A program made the translations under genes and the position numbers. Source: a bacterium (GTDB lineage: Bacteria; Hinthialibacterota; Hinthialibacteria; Hinthialibacterales; Hinthialibacteraceae). Taken from it: DNA of 64,000 nucleotides. The notes below the pieces were generated by a model. That model was not told the DNA's origin. It saw only the letters and a program-made list of their open reading frames with translations, and made no database searches. The stretch lies in NCBI GenBank assembly GCA_963662285.2, contig CAXXMV010000008.1, positions 800,001 through 864,000 on the forward strand. Direction: 5' to 3'. Below are positions 27,958 through 37,434 of this stretch, piece after piece; position 1 is the first letter of the stretch; every line of letters starts with the position of its first letter.

Positions 27958-29067
27958 TCAATCATTCTCAAGGTTTGCGCTATACAGACCAATCGAATCG
28001 GTTCCGGTGAACAGACCCTTGGCGTTGAGTTTGAACTCGTCCGGACTGGAAGAGGCGTAGAGGGCTTCATCGAAGGTTATGACTTCCTGCTTAAATAGAT
28101 CAAGCAGCGCCTGGTTAAAAGTCTGCATGCCGATTTCCCTGCCCTTTTGCATCAATTCGCGCATTTTCCACAGTTCGCCTTCGTTCAGGGCTTTTCTGAT
28201 GGTGGATGTTGTACGCAGAATCTCCAGCGCGGGGATGCGGCCCGTCAGGTCGGCGCGGCGTAACAAACGCATGGAGATGATGCCTTCCAGACAGAGAGAC
28301 AATTCCTGACGCACCTGGGTTTTAAGGTGATCGGGAAAATAGTTGATGATACGGTCCAGGGTATGAAACACATCAACCGTATGCAGAGTGGTCAATACAA
28401 GGTGTCCGGTCTCCGCAGCGGATATGGCGGTCATCATGGTTTCCTGGTCGCGCATTTCGCCGATCAGAATAACATCGGGGCTTTGACGAACCACATGCCG
28501 TAGGGCGTCATTAAAAGTCAGGGTATCAAAGCCTACCTCGCGCTGGTTTATCAGCGATTTTTTGTCAACATGAATAAACTCGATGGGGTCTTCAATGGTG
28601 ATGATATGGCGGTTCAAATTAGTGTTGATATGATGAATCATGGCCGCCAAAGTAGTTGATTTTCCGCTTCCGGTGGCGCCGGTAATAACTATCAATCCGC
28701 GCGGCAGTTCAGCCATCTCCTTCATAACCGGTGGAAGATGCAGACGTGAGAAGGTCAGGTCAGAATCGGAGATATGACGCGCCACTATGCCAATATGGCC
28801 TTGTTGGCGAAACATGTTTATACGGTAACGCTCTCCAGTGGGAAGATTATAAGCAAAATCCAGTTCGGGGCGTTCATCAAACTTTTTTAACTGATAATCA
28901 GTCAATAAAACCTTGGACGCCTCCACCATATCCTCTTCACGTATCGGAGAACTATCCAACCGCAAAACATCGCCATGGATGCGCGTTGAAGGGGGGATGC
29001 CGACTTTTAAGTATAAATCCGACGCTTTTGTTCCTACCATACTATGCAATAGTTCAAGAATTTTCAT
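27958..29067 (-). CDS. pilT: PilT/PilU-family type IV pilus ATPase
   Basis: ASDLYLKVG, Walker A GATGSGKST, TIEDPIE, PDVILIGEMRD, AETGHLVLTTLH, GMQTFNQAL; start ATG 29067. Confidence 0.88.
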   Translation of the reverse strand: MKILELLHSMVGTKASDLYLKVGIPPSTRIHGDVLRLDSSPIREEDMVEASKVLLTDYQLKKFDERPELDFAYNLPTGERYRINMFRQQGHIGIVARHISDSDLTFSRLHLPPVMKEMAELPRGLIVITGATGSGKSTTLAAMIHHINTNLNRHIITIEDPIEFIHVDKKSLINQREVGFDTLTFNDALRHVVRQSPDVILIGEMRDQETMMTAISAAETGHLVLTTLHTVDVFHTLDRIINYFPDHLKTQVRQELSLCLEGIISMRLLRRADLTGRIPALEILRTTSTIRKALNEGELWKMRELMQKGREIGMQTFNQALLDLFKQEVITFDEALYASSSPDEFKLNAKGLFTGTDSIGLYSANLEND

Positions 29068-29180
29068 TTCCCGCTCCCGCTTTATCGCAACACCCATTAA
29101 AACGACCAACAACATAAAAAGGTTTAGAGCGATTATCAAAAATATCTTCGATCATTATCCCGTTTGGTAGTCGAAAAAGT

Positions 29181-29371
29181 GGGTGCCAAGGGCAAGACCG
29201 CTATGCGGTCAGCCCTTGATAAGGCCTACGATCAACCGATAAACTCAAACCTTCCAATAATCTTATCATCGATTGAGAAGTATGCAAAATCGAAAGTGAT
29301 AGCATCAAGGGCTGACCGCTATGCGGTCTTGCCCTTGGCGCCCTTCCTTCGCAATGCGGTCAGCCCTTGAT
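29181..29371. repeat. REP-A1 doublet plus partial REP, on the 3' side of RAYT
   Basis: Forward REP 29181-29220, inverted 29304-29343, partial 29350-29371. Confidence 0.9.
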
Positions 29372-29395
29372 AAGGCCTACGACCAACCTATAAAC

Positions 29396-29953
29396 TCAAA
29401 CCTTCCAATAATCCCACCATCGATCAACTCGAAATACACTATCATCATTCATTTCATAATTTATATAACTACTGTATTCCCACTCCTCTGGAGATTCAAC
29501 CAATTCTCTCCTCACGGGATTCATATGACAATAGTTCAATTTCTCTTTAAGCTTATTATGGGTGAATACATTGAAATCATAAAATCGAGTTTTCCACAAT
29601 GCGTTCTCATCCATACCTTTCTCTCTTAAAACCTTCAGCAAACTTATTGCCGTATACCATTTCAAACACCCCATCGTTTGTGATATGGATTGATCGGAAC
29701 CAGGAACAATCAGAAAATGTGAGTGTTCCGGCATTAAAACATAACCAATAATTAGAAATCCCGTTCGGCATCGGATTTCATCAATCGAATCCATGATTAT
29801 TTTTCTTGTCCAGGATTTTGAAAAGAAAGGCTTATGACCAATACACGAAGTTGTTACAAAATGGATATGCCCTGATTCATTGACTCTAATTGGGTGGAGT
29901 CTGTTTTTGAATTGTGAATCCTTATGCGATGAATCATGGCGTAATTGACTCAT
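29396..29953 (-). mobile_element. rayT: REP-associated tyrosine transposase (RAYT, Y1 HUH)
   Basis: HFVTTSC, YVLMPEHSHFL (HUH), LWKTRFYD, LNYCHMNPVR..V..PEEWEYSSY; REP doublets on both sides. Confidence 0.92.
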
Positions 29954-30057
29954 TTTTTTTATAACAGAAAGAAGATTATGATCAAATTATATATTCAAAA
30001 CTATTATATCTTTTTTTTATATTGCTAATCAAAATATCAAAAAAGAGCACAAAAAAA

Positions 30058-30318
30058 GGGTGCCAAGGGCAAGACCGCAATGCGGTCAGCCCTTGATAAG
30101 GCCTACGACCAACCTATCAACTCATACCTTCCAATAATCCCACCAGCGATCAGCTCATATCTATGTCCATTCGGAGGAATCATCACGTTCACTTTCAATG
30201 ATAAAAAATCACTGCTTAAGTTCATTATATTGAGGTGAAATTAGACCTATACGAGTATTCAAAATCGAAAGTGATAGCATCAAGGGCTGACCGCTATGCG
30301 GTCTTGCCCTTGGCGCCC
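30058..30318. repeat. REP-A1 doublet on the 5' side of RAYT
   Basis: Forward REP 30058-30097, inverted 30279-30318; spacer ends match the left doublet. Confidence 0.9.
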
Positions 30319-30355
30319 AATTTACTTGACACTCGCACCCGATCCTTTGACGCCC

Positions 30356-31705
30356 CTAACCAATCTCACTCAACATACATTGTCTCAAAACATCCATCCC
30401 CTCCAACAGCGCTTCTTCGGTTATACACAAAGGTGGATTCACTTTAATAGTCCCCCCGCCCACGCCGACTGGAGCGAACAGCATCAGACCATTCTCGACG
30501 CACCGCTTGACAATCCGTCCCGCCAGCGGTTTGTCTGCGTCGGTGGTTCCCGGTTTCACGAATTGCATTGCCGCGACCAGACCTTTGCCGTCGACCGCTC
30601 CGATGCAGCCTTGCGAAACATCCATGAGTTCCTTGCAACGTTGCAACAGAGGCGCTTCCAGTTTAGCGGCGTTCTCAACCAGGTTCTCGCTCTCGATGAC
30701 GTCTATGCTGGCCAACGCGGCGGTGCAGCAGATCGGGTTGCCTGAATGGGTGCTGGTCATCTCGCCTGGACCATACTGATCCATCACATCAGACCTGCCG
30801 ATAACTGCTGATAAAGGCAGCCCGCTGCTGATTCCCTTGCCGCAGCAGATCACATCCGCGTCAACGCCGTAATGTTCAAAGCCGAACCATTTACCGCAGC
30901 GCCCGAATCCCGCCTGCACTTCATCGAAGATGAGCAGCGCATCATGCTTGGTGCACCACTCGCGCAAACGCTTTACATATTCCAACGGCATAAACGCGGC
31001 ATTGGCGCCGGGATATGTCTCAACCATCACGCCAGCCGCCTGTTCGCCGGATACATTCTTCTTTTCCAACGATTGTAAAAATAGATCAAACGATTTATCC
31101 GTAACCCGGAATCCATCAGGATAAGGAACATGAACCATATTGGGATCAAGATTGACGATCCACTCTTTTTGCGCCTGGAAGCCGCCCGCCATCTGTGATC
31201 CCAGCGTCCTGCCGTGAAAATGGTTCTCAAAACCAACGATAGTAATTTTATCGTCGCCGCCTTTACTCCTGCCATGAGTGCGCGCCAGTTTGACGGCGCA
31301 TTCAGTCGACTCGGCGCCAGTGGTGAGCAGAAATACTTTCTCCAATGGATCCGGCGCCAGGGCTGATAGTTTCTTGACCAGTTCCAGGCGCGGTTGGTTT
31401 AGGAAGCAATAACTATGCAACAATCCCCTATCGATCTGCTTTTTTAATTCGTCGCGCATCTTCTGGCGGCCATGTCCGGCGTTGGCGACCAGCACGCCGC
31501 TGGAAAAATCAATCCACTGGTTGCCGAAAGCGTCCCAGACCAAAAACCCTTCAGCCCTATCCCACATAACCTGGGGCTGCCCGCCCATAGAGCGGGGTTC
31601 ATACTTTGCCAGTTCAGCGTAAATCGCTTCAGTCTCTGGAACCGGAATGTTAGTTGCTATTTTTCGATATTTCGTTTCGATAAGTGCATCATTATTCTGC
31701 GTCAT
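30356..31705 (-). CDS. Class III PLP-dependent aminotransferase
   Basis: TTGAESTE, FHGRT, IFDEVQAGFGR, CGKGISSG; start likely ATG 31705 after GGAG. Confidence 0.92.
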   Translation of the reverse strand: MTQNNDALIETKYRKIATNIPVPETEAIYAELAKYEPRSMGGQPQVMWDRAEGFLVWDAFGNQWIDFSSGVLVANAGHGRQKMRDELKKQIDRGLLHSYCFLNQPRLELVKKLSALAPDPLEKVFLLTTGAESTECAVKLARTHGRSKGGDDKITIVGFENHFHGRTLGSQMAGGFQAQKEWIVNLDPNMVHVPYPDGFRVTDKSFDLFLQSLEKKNVSGEQAAGVMVETYPGANAAFMPLEYVKRLREWCTKHDALLIFDEVQAGFGRCGKWFGFEHYGVDADVICCGKGISSGLPLSAVIGRSDVMDQYGPGEMTSTHSGNPICCTAALASIDVIESENLVENAAKLEAPLLQRCKELMDVSQGCIGAVDGKGLVAAMQFVKPGTTDADKPLAGRIVKRCVENGLMLFAPVGVGGGTIKVNPPLCITEEALLEGMDVLRQCMLSEIG

Positions 31706-31734
31706 TGATTTCTCCATAACATATATCACGATTA

Positions 31735-33093
31735 TCAAATATTCCTGGTTTGATTCTCATAAATAATGGTTTTTATATTGGCTCGATTTGGATCGATGAT
31801 AATAATTCTGTTTTCATCAAACCGGGCGGTAACCGGACACCCTTTACCTGCATTAAGCGAATCATAATTACGCTGAGCAACCTCGGCGGCGGCTTCCATG
31901 ATCATAGTGATATTGCGCTGTGATCTTACATGAGGGTACGATCCACTAAGAGTCTGGGAAATTTCATCAAAGAATTTCACTCTAGCGATGGCCAACACGC
32001 CAGCTATAATCGATGCTTTGCCATATCCAAAGGCCTCAACATATCCGCCGAGATTCTTGATGCGTCCGCTGAAGGCCGGATTGCGCGTCCTCGAACCTCC
32101 TCCGGTCAGAGTCTCGCGGAATCCCCGGTCCTGCTGATCGACCATGCCCCGCCCCAGCGTTCCGTATAGTTCGATTTCCTGATTGACGGCGCCGTCAAAA
32201 TCGCGTGGATTGATCCAATTATTGTGATACTCGCCATACATGCCATCGGTATAGGTTACGCCAACCGACATAGCATCCCAGGTCATAATATCCTCATGGT
32301 TGGAAAACTCATCCACCGGACGCCCTTCTTTTTCAGCGATTATCTGAAAATACTCGCCCCAATTCGCCAACAGGTTCTTTTGCCCGACGGCATGCAAACT
32401 GGCTGGAATAACGCCTAAATAATGATCGACCACATCCAACCAATGGCATCCCACATAAGTAAATGGATTGGAATCTTCGGCCCATTTGAAGATTTCGGTA
32501 GATACATCGATAGGCTCTTCTAGACAGGCGCGCACCCGGTTGATTACGCCGTATTTTTCCCTGGCGTGAGTCATCATATCCCGCACGAATGGATCATAGC
32601 GTTTATGCATATCAGCGGACACGATTACATTCTTCGCTTCCGCAAGAGCAATGATCTCATCTATCTCAGAAGTTTTTAGGCAAACCGGCTTTTCTGTAAT
32701 AACATGAACGCCCCGCTCAATGGCGGCCAGTATTGGCGCCACATGCAGATGGTCGGGAGTCGCTACGAACAGAATATCCGGTTCACACTCATCCAGCATG
32801 TCGACCCAAACATCTTCACCATAATATGCTTTAACGTCGGAATTAGTGAATTCCTGCTTGAACCATTCGACGATGCGGTCGGCGCTTCCGGTTTCGGGGC
32901 TATGCGTACCAACTGCAACAAAACGGCATTGGATATCAGCCGTCAGCGGCGCGAAGTGACTCATACCGATTGAGGTCAAACCTCCGGCAAAGCCGCCCCG
33001 CTCAAAATCTTTCAAGGTCTGACCAATGATCTCTTCAAAGAACATTCCGCCGCCAACAACCGCGATTTTCAATTCCCGCACCATGAGCCTCAC
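31735..33093 (-). CDS. Gfo/Idh/MocA-family oxidoreductase
   Basis: IAVVGGG, VATPDHLH, HVITEKP, HKRYDP, GCHWLD. Confidence 0.9.
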   Translation of the reverse strand: MRLMVRELKIAVVGGGMFFEEIIGQTLKDFERGGFAGGLTSIGMSHFAPLTADIQCRFVAVGTHSPETGSADRIVEWFKQEFTNSDVKAYYGEDVWVDMLDECEPDILFVATPDHLHVAPILAAIERGVHVITEKPVCLKTSEIDEIIALAEAKNVIVSADMHKRYDPFVRDMMTHAREKYGVINRVRACLEEPIDVSTEIFKWAEDSNPFTYVGCHWLDVVDHYLGVIPASLHAVGQKNLLANWGEYFQIIAEKEGRPVDEFSNHEDIMTWDAMSVGVTYTDGMYGEYHNNWINPRDFDGAVNQEIELYGTLGRGMVDQQDRGFRETLTGGGSRTRNPAFSGRIKNLGGYVEAFGYGKASIIAGVLAIARVKFFDEISQTLSGSYPHVRSQRNITMIMEAAAEVAQRNYDSLNAGKGCPVTARFDENRIIIIDPNRANIKTIIYENQTRNI

Positions 33094-33217
33094 CTTTTAC
33101 TATCAGATTATTCTGCCAACCAGCATATATTTATTTCAAATACTTAGGCATAATATTACTATTACTATTTAGTTAGATCATATATACCTGTCCAGTAATA
33201 CTAAAGGGGATAATTAA

Positions 33218-34171
33218 ATGAAAAACCTTACAAATTCCAACCGCCGATCTTTTTTCAAAGCTTCAGCCATCGGGCTGGCTTATGCAGGACTTAATCAAAG
33301 CGGCGTGGCACATGCTTCTTCTAACCAAAATCCTATCAGGCTGGGGGGTCCCATTCATGAGAAATACAGTTCCCCCGAAGAGTGGGTCGCCGCCGTCAAA
33401 CGGCTTGGTTTCAGCGCCGCCTATTGCCCCATCGACCATCAACAAGGTGATGATGTTGTAAAAGCCTACGCCGATGCAGCCCGTAGGGCTGATATAATCA
33501 TCGCTGAAGTCGGCGCCTGGAGCAATCCCATTGATCCCGACGACGCCAAACGTAACGCAGCCCTGCAAAAATGCAAAAACCAGCTGGCGCTGGCCGACCG
33601 CATCGGCGCAGAATGCTGCGTAAATATCACTGGTTCAGTGGGAGAAAAGTGGGATGGTCATGACCCCGCTAACCTGACTCAGGATACCTTCGATCTGATC
33701 GTAGAGACCACCCGCAATATCATAGATGCAGTAAAACCGACTCGAACCTTTTACACCTTGGAAACCATGCCCTGGGCTTATCCCGATTCAGCCGACTCAT
33801 ATCTGCGCCTGATCAAAGCCATCGACCGCAAACAATGCGCGGCTCATCTTGACCCGGTCAATATTGTCTCCAGCCCGCAACGCTACTATGCCAATGGCGC
33901 CATGATCCGCGAGTGCTTCCAAAAACTAAGTCCATTCCTCAAAAGCTGCCATGCCAAAGATATTCTAATGCAACAGCAATTGACGGTTCACCTGGATGAA
34001 ATACGCCCCGGACTAGGCAATCTGGACTACAAAGTTTTCTTGCAGGAATTAGCCAAACTAAAAGATATACCGCTAATGCTGGAACATCTCAGCACTGCCC
34101 AGGAATATAAACTGGCCGCCGACCACATCCGCTCAGTAGCTAAACAAAACAATATCAAAATTAAAGTATAG
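33218..34171 (+). CDS. Tat-exported sugar phosphate isomerase/epimerase (xylose isomerase-like TIM barrel)
   Basis: NRRSFFK signal; LETMP, HLDPVN, CHAKD, PGLGNLDY, LMLEH. Confidence 0.88.
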   Translation: MKNLTNSNRRSFFKASAIGLAYAGLNQSGVAHASSNQNPIRLGGPIHEKYSSPEEWVAAVKRLGFSAAYCPIDHQQGDDVVKAYADAARRADIIIAEVGAWSNPIDPDDAKRNAALQKCKNQLALADRIGAECCVNITGSVGEKWDGHDPANLTQDTFDLIVETTRNIIDAVKPTRTFYTLETMPWAYPDSADSYLRLIKAIDRKQCAAHLDPVNIVSSPQRYYANGAMIRECFQKLSPFLKSCHAKDILMQQQLTVHLDEIRPGLGNLDYKVFLQELAKLKDIPLMLEHLSTAQEYKLAADHIRSVAKQNNIKIKV

Positions 34172-34230
34172 AGTAGGGTTTAGGTTTGAATAGACGCTTA
34201 TTTCGATGACAGACACCCCTACACGGGGCT

Positions 34231-34270
34231 GGGCGCCAAGGGCAAGACCGCAATGCGGTCAGCCCTTGAT
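34231..34270 (+). repeat. REP family A1
   Basis: Exact A1 consensus. Confidence 0.9.
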
Positions 34271-34331
34271 GCGATAACCTACGCATCTCAAAACTTCTCC
34301 GGGCGCCAAGGGCAATGTCCCCTATCCCACC

Positions 34332-34863
34332 GGGCTACTCTCCGTACACAAATCTAAAGAGGAGAATGAAACGGGGTACATCATTGATCGGGGAGTATCA
34401 TAGAATGGGGAGCATCATAGGATGGGGAGCATCATAGGATGGGGAGCATCATAGGATGGGGAGCATCATAGGATGGGGAGCATCATAGGATGGGGAGCAT
34501 CATAGAATGGGGAGCATCGGCTTCTAGCCGGTGTGTCAAATAGAATAGAATAAGCCCCATTAAGCATAATCATTTCCATGGAGATTGGGGGATGAAAAAT
34601 GAATAACCGATTTGTGTTGTGATGCCGGATCACATGCACATCCTCCTTACGCTATTGGAAATTCCAAACCTTGGATATCATTCGATCACAACAATACTTC
34701 ATATTTGTATGAAGAGAACCGACGGGATTGGCGTACCGGCTAGAAGCCGATGCTTCCCTTTTTGATTCTCTCTGGTTATTGATAGAGTGTTTTTTCAGTT
34801 TATCAGAGGTAGGCGTAATTGCCACTGCTTCAATTTAACAACAATGTGTACGGAGTGTAGCCC
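34332..34863. mobile_element. Non-autonomous TIR element (MITE-like), copy 2
   Basis: TIRs GGGCTACTCTCCGTACACA / TGTGTACGGAGTGTAGCCC (18/19 match); flanks CACC / CACA; empty allele at 36596-36736. Confidence 0.85.
34379..34514 (+). repeat. Tandem 17-bp repeat (CATCATAGGATGGGGAG) x8
   Basis: Five exact and three variant units; only two units at the equivalent site in copy 1 (21657-21690). Confidence 0.92.
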
Positions 34864-34951
34864 CACAGGAGAGGGCCAGGGTGAGGGGGATTTTCAAATT
34901 ACTTATGTTATGCGGACGCCAAGGGCAGTATCCCGGGCGTCCGCTTCATCT

Positions 34952-36538
34952 TTATTGGTTATTAACAATACGGATAGCCAAATCATCAACAAAATCCGGC
35001 GCGCCAAACGCCGCTTTGCCATTACTAATTACAACATTTTTAGAACCGGCCTCACCCGATTTTGGATCAAAAAAATGCGCAGTGTATTTACCGTCAGAGA
35101 AAGGTAAACCGGCCAATTTTATCGGTCCGCCGCGCATATTATACTTGTATCCTTCCATACCTGTTGGAGAAGACATATAAATAATAATCTCTTTTTCAGA
35201 TGATAAAACAAAATTATGTCCTAATGGTGAAATGAAAAAGTTACCCTTAAAATCCAATTCACCATAAGAGATGATTTGGTTAAAGAATTGCCTCAGCAAG
35301 AGAGCATCGTCTTCAAATTTGTTCCAGCCATTGGGATCGTAATTCAGCTTATAACCCGGTTTGTCTTCAGCAGGAAACCATTTCCTGACCCCTTTTGCAT
35401 AAATGTCCATCTGCTGACATTTAACCATCATCATCTTCCATAAGTATTTCCGCAAATGAACGCGCATTTCCGGAATCCGGTAATCCCAACTATGACCCGA
35501 ATCATCCCTCGACTCCTGAGCTACATAAGGTTTCTTATACTTGCTGATCCATTCCCGTGCATTTGCGGTGTGGTGCTGATTGCCAAAGATCATCACATCA
35601 AAATACGGGCGCGAAAACACCCAGTCCATTTCTGAACCCGGCTCTGGAGCGCCCCCGCTCTGGTTAAATGGATATCCCTCCAGATGCCCGCCATCGGTTG
35701 CTAAAATAATTGCCCGGTCAGGATTCAATGTTTTCCACTTAGCGCGTACGGCATGCGCCATCGCCTCGATCCATTGAGATGTCTTGCTCCAATCCGAATA
35801 ATTCATGGCCAGTTCGTGCACCAATTCATAATAGATATTATCTAAATCATACGTTTCTTGAATGATTTTTTCAAAGTAGGCTTTTTGAATATCAAACAGT
35901 TCAGTATTTCCATCCGCTATGGAATGATAAAACTGTAAACGGTTATTTTTATTTTTTTCAGAATTAAGATGATCCGTGCAGGAATTAATATTATTACGGG
36001 GATTAAAAAAATGCCCATCCCAATTATTCTCCGCTATTTTCTTATTGTAATTCCAGAGCTGCCATCCGTTGAACATCAACAGATCGATAATGATCCCTTT
36101 TGATTGGAGATACTCGCATTGCCGCCGAAATCGTTTCCAGTATCTTTCATCAAACCTGGTCAGATCAAACACGCGGCTTCCCGGCTCAGTCTCCTGGAAG
36201 GGGAATAACACATTATCAAGAGAACCGCCGTTTTCCTGAGTGATTATTTCAATATGAGACCAACTGCCCGGCAAATAAGCCCGGCAATGATTCATACCAT
36301 GAGCCGCCTGCCAATCAGCCCATTTTTTATAATCATAAGCATCTTCTGAAGCATAAAACAGGAAATCCGACATGGCGCCAAAAGAGAGCAAAGGTTTCCC
36401 ATGATAGGAAAAATAGACATGCTCCGTCCCGGCTTTTTCCAGCATCAGTCCTTGAGCATTTATATCTCTTAGAGCAAACGTGCAAATGATTAGAGTTAAT
36501 ACAAAATATTTCCAAAGACGTTGAACATAATTCATCAT
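34952..36538 (-). CDS. Secreted putative glycoside hydrolase (clan A-like barrel plus C-terminal beta domain)
   Basis: Start ATG 36538 with signal peptide; HGMNHCRAY, FDLTRFDERYW, YYELVHE, VAQES. Confidence 0.65.
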   Translation of the reverse strand: MMNYVQRLWKYFVLTLIICTFALRDINAQGLMLEKAGTEHVYFSYHGKPLLSFGAMSDFLFYASEDAYDYKKWADWQAAHGMNHCRAYLPGSWSHIEIITQENGGSLDNVLFPFQETEPGSRVFDLTRFDERYWKRFRRQCEYLQSKGIIIDLLMFNGWQLWNYNKKIAENNWDGHFFNPRNNINSCTDHLNSEKNKNNRLQFYHSIADGNTELFDIQKAYFEKIIQETYDLDNIYYELVHELAMNYSDWSKTSQWIEAMAHAVRAKWKTLNPDRAIILATDGGHLEGYPFNQSGGAPEPGSEMDWVFSRPYFDVMIFGNQHHTANAREWISKYKKPYVAQESRDDSGHSWDYRIPEMRVHLRKYLWKMMMVKCQQMDIYAKGVRKWFPAEDKPGYKLNYDPNGWNKFEDDALLLRQFFNQIISYGELDFKGNFFISPLGHNFVLSSEKEIIIYMSSPTGMEGYKYNMRGGPIKLAGLPFSDGKYTAHFFDPKSGEAGSKNVVISNGKAAFGAPDFVDDLAIRIVNNQ

Positions 36539-36595
36539 AAAATGCTCCCATCCACTTATCGTTAGTCGCCAAGGATAATGTCCCCTCTCCCGGCC

Positions 36596-36736
36596 GGGTG
36601 CCAAGGGCAAGACCGCCATGCGGTCAGCCCTTGATGCGATAACTTACGTATCTCAAAACTTCTCCGAACACCAAGAACAATGTCCCCTCTTCCACCGGGA
36701 GAGAGCTAGGGTGAGGGGAATATACAAACAACTTAA
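36596..36736 (+). repeat. Composite REP-A1 plus family C hairpin (empty allele of 34231-34900)
   Basis: Colinear with both flanks of MITE copy 2 without the insertion. Confidence 0.8.
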
Positions 36737-36777
36737 GATGATCCCCAAGTGCAGTGTCCAGCCCTTGATTCAATAAC

Positions 36778-37368
36778 CTACGATTTCACATATCCCTCAA
36801 GAGCTTTTTCGATAGCTTTAATAATCGTTTCACCGTTTGGATTATCTTTACTGCGGAAACGGCGCAACAACTCGCCTTTTTGCCCGATGAGGAATTTCTC
36901 GAAATTCCACTTGATGGGGCCAATAAAATCGGGATTCTTCTGCGTGGTCAAAAACTTGAACAAAGGCGCTTGATCTTTTCCAACCACCGAAGACTTGGCA
37001 AACATGGGAAAGTTAACCTGGTAATTTTCCTGGCAAAAGAATTTGATTTCCTTGTTGGTTCCCGGTTCCTGTTGGCCGAAATTATTGGCGGGGAATCCCA
37101 GTACCACCAGCCCTTTTTCAGTATAATCCGTGGCTAGTTTAACCAGGTCGGCGTACTGTTTGGTGAAACCGCATTTGGATGCGGTATTAACCAGCAAGAT
37201 AACTTTACCCTTATATTTCTTAAGTGGAACGATTTTACCATCTATATCTTTGACGGTAAAATCGTATAAACTCTGCGGGTTCTCTTTTACTGGGATGGCA
37301 TTCTCGGACGCCATCCCCGATTGAACGGTCAAGGATATTATCGCTAATAAAAGCAGAAAGCGTTTCAT
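36778..37368 (-). CDS. Glutathione peroxidase family (Cys type), with signal peptide
   Basis: NTASKCGFT, LGFPANNFGQQEPG, KWNFEKFL. Confidence 0.93.
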   Translation of the reverse strand: MKRFLLLLAIISLTVQSGMASENAIPVKENPQSLYDFTVKDIDGKIVPLKKYKGKVILLVNTASKCGFTKQYADLVKLATDYTEKGLVVLGFPANNFGQQEPGTNKEIKFFCQENYQVNFPMFAKSSVVGKDQAPLFKFLTTQKNPDFIGPIKWNFEKFLIGQKGELLRRFRSKDNPNGETIIKAIEKALEGYVKS

Positions 37369-37434
37369 CAGACCTGCTCCTTAAAAACCGGCGCTACACG
37401 GTTGAAACAGAAGGTTTCTTAATCAACCAAAGAC

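Noticed and set aside
29164-29629. Short ORFs containing MRSALD / MRSCPWRP (also near 30296, 43715, 63460)
   Set aside because: Translations of REP sequence or antisense to RAYT; not credible genes.
34379-34514. Possible CRISPR array
   Set aside because: 17-bp units are directly adjacent with no unique spacers, and no cas genes are present; it is a VNTR.
36539-36619. N-terminal extension MAVLPLAPGR of the 34952 ORF
   Set aside because: Derived from reading through REP-A1; a better start with RBS and signal peptide is at 36538.
36778-37368. Selenocysteine glutathione peroxidase
   Set aside because: The active-site codon is Cys (SKCG), with no in-frame TGA.
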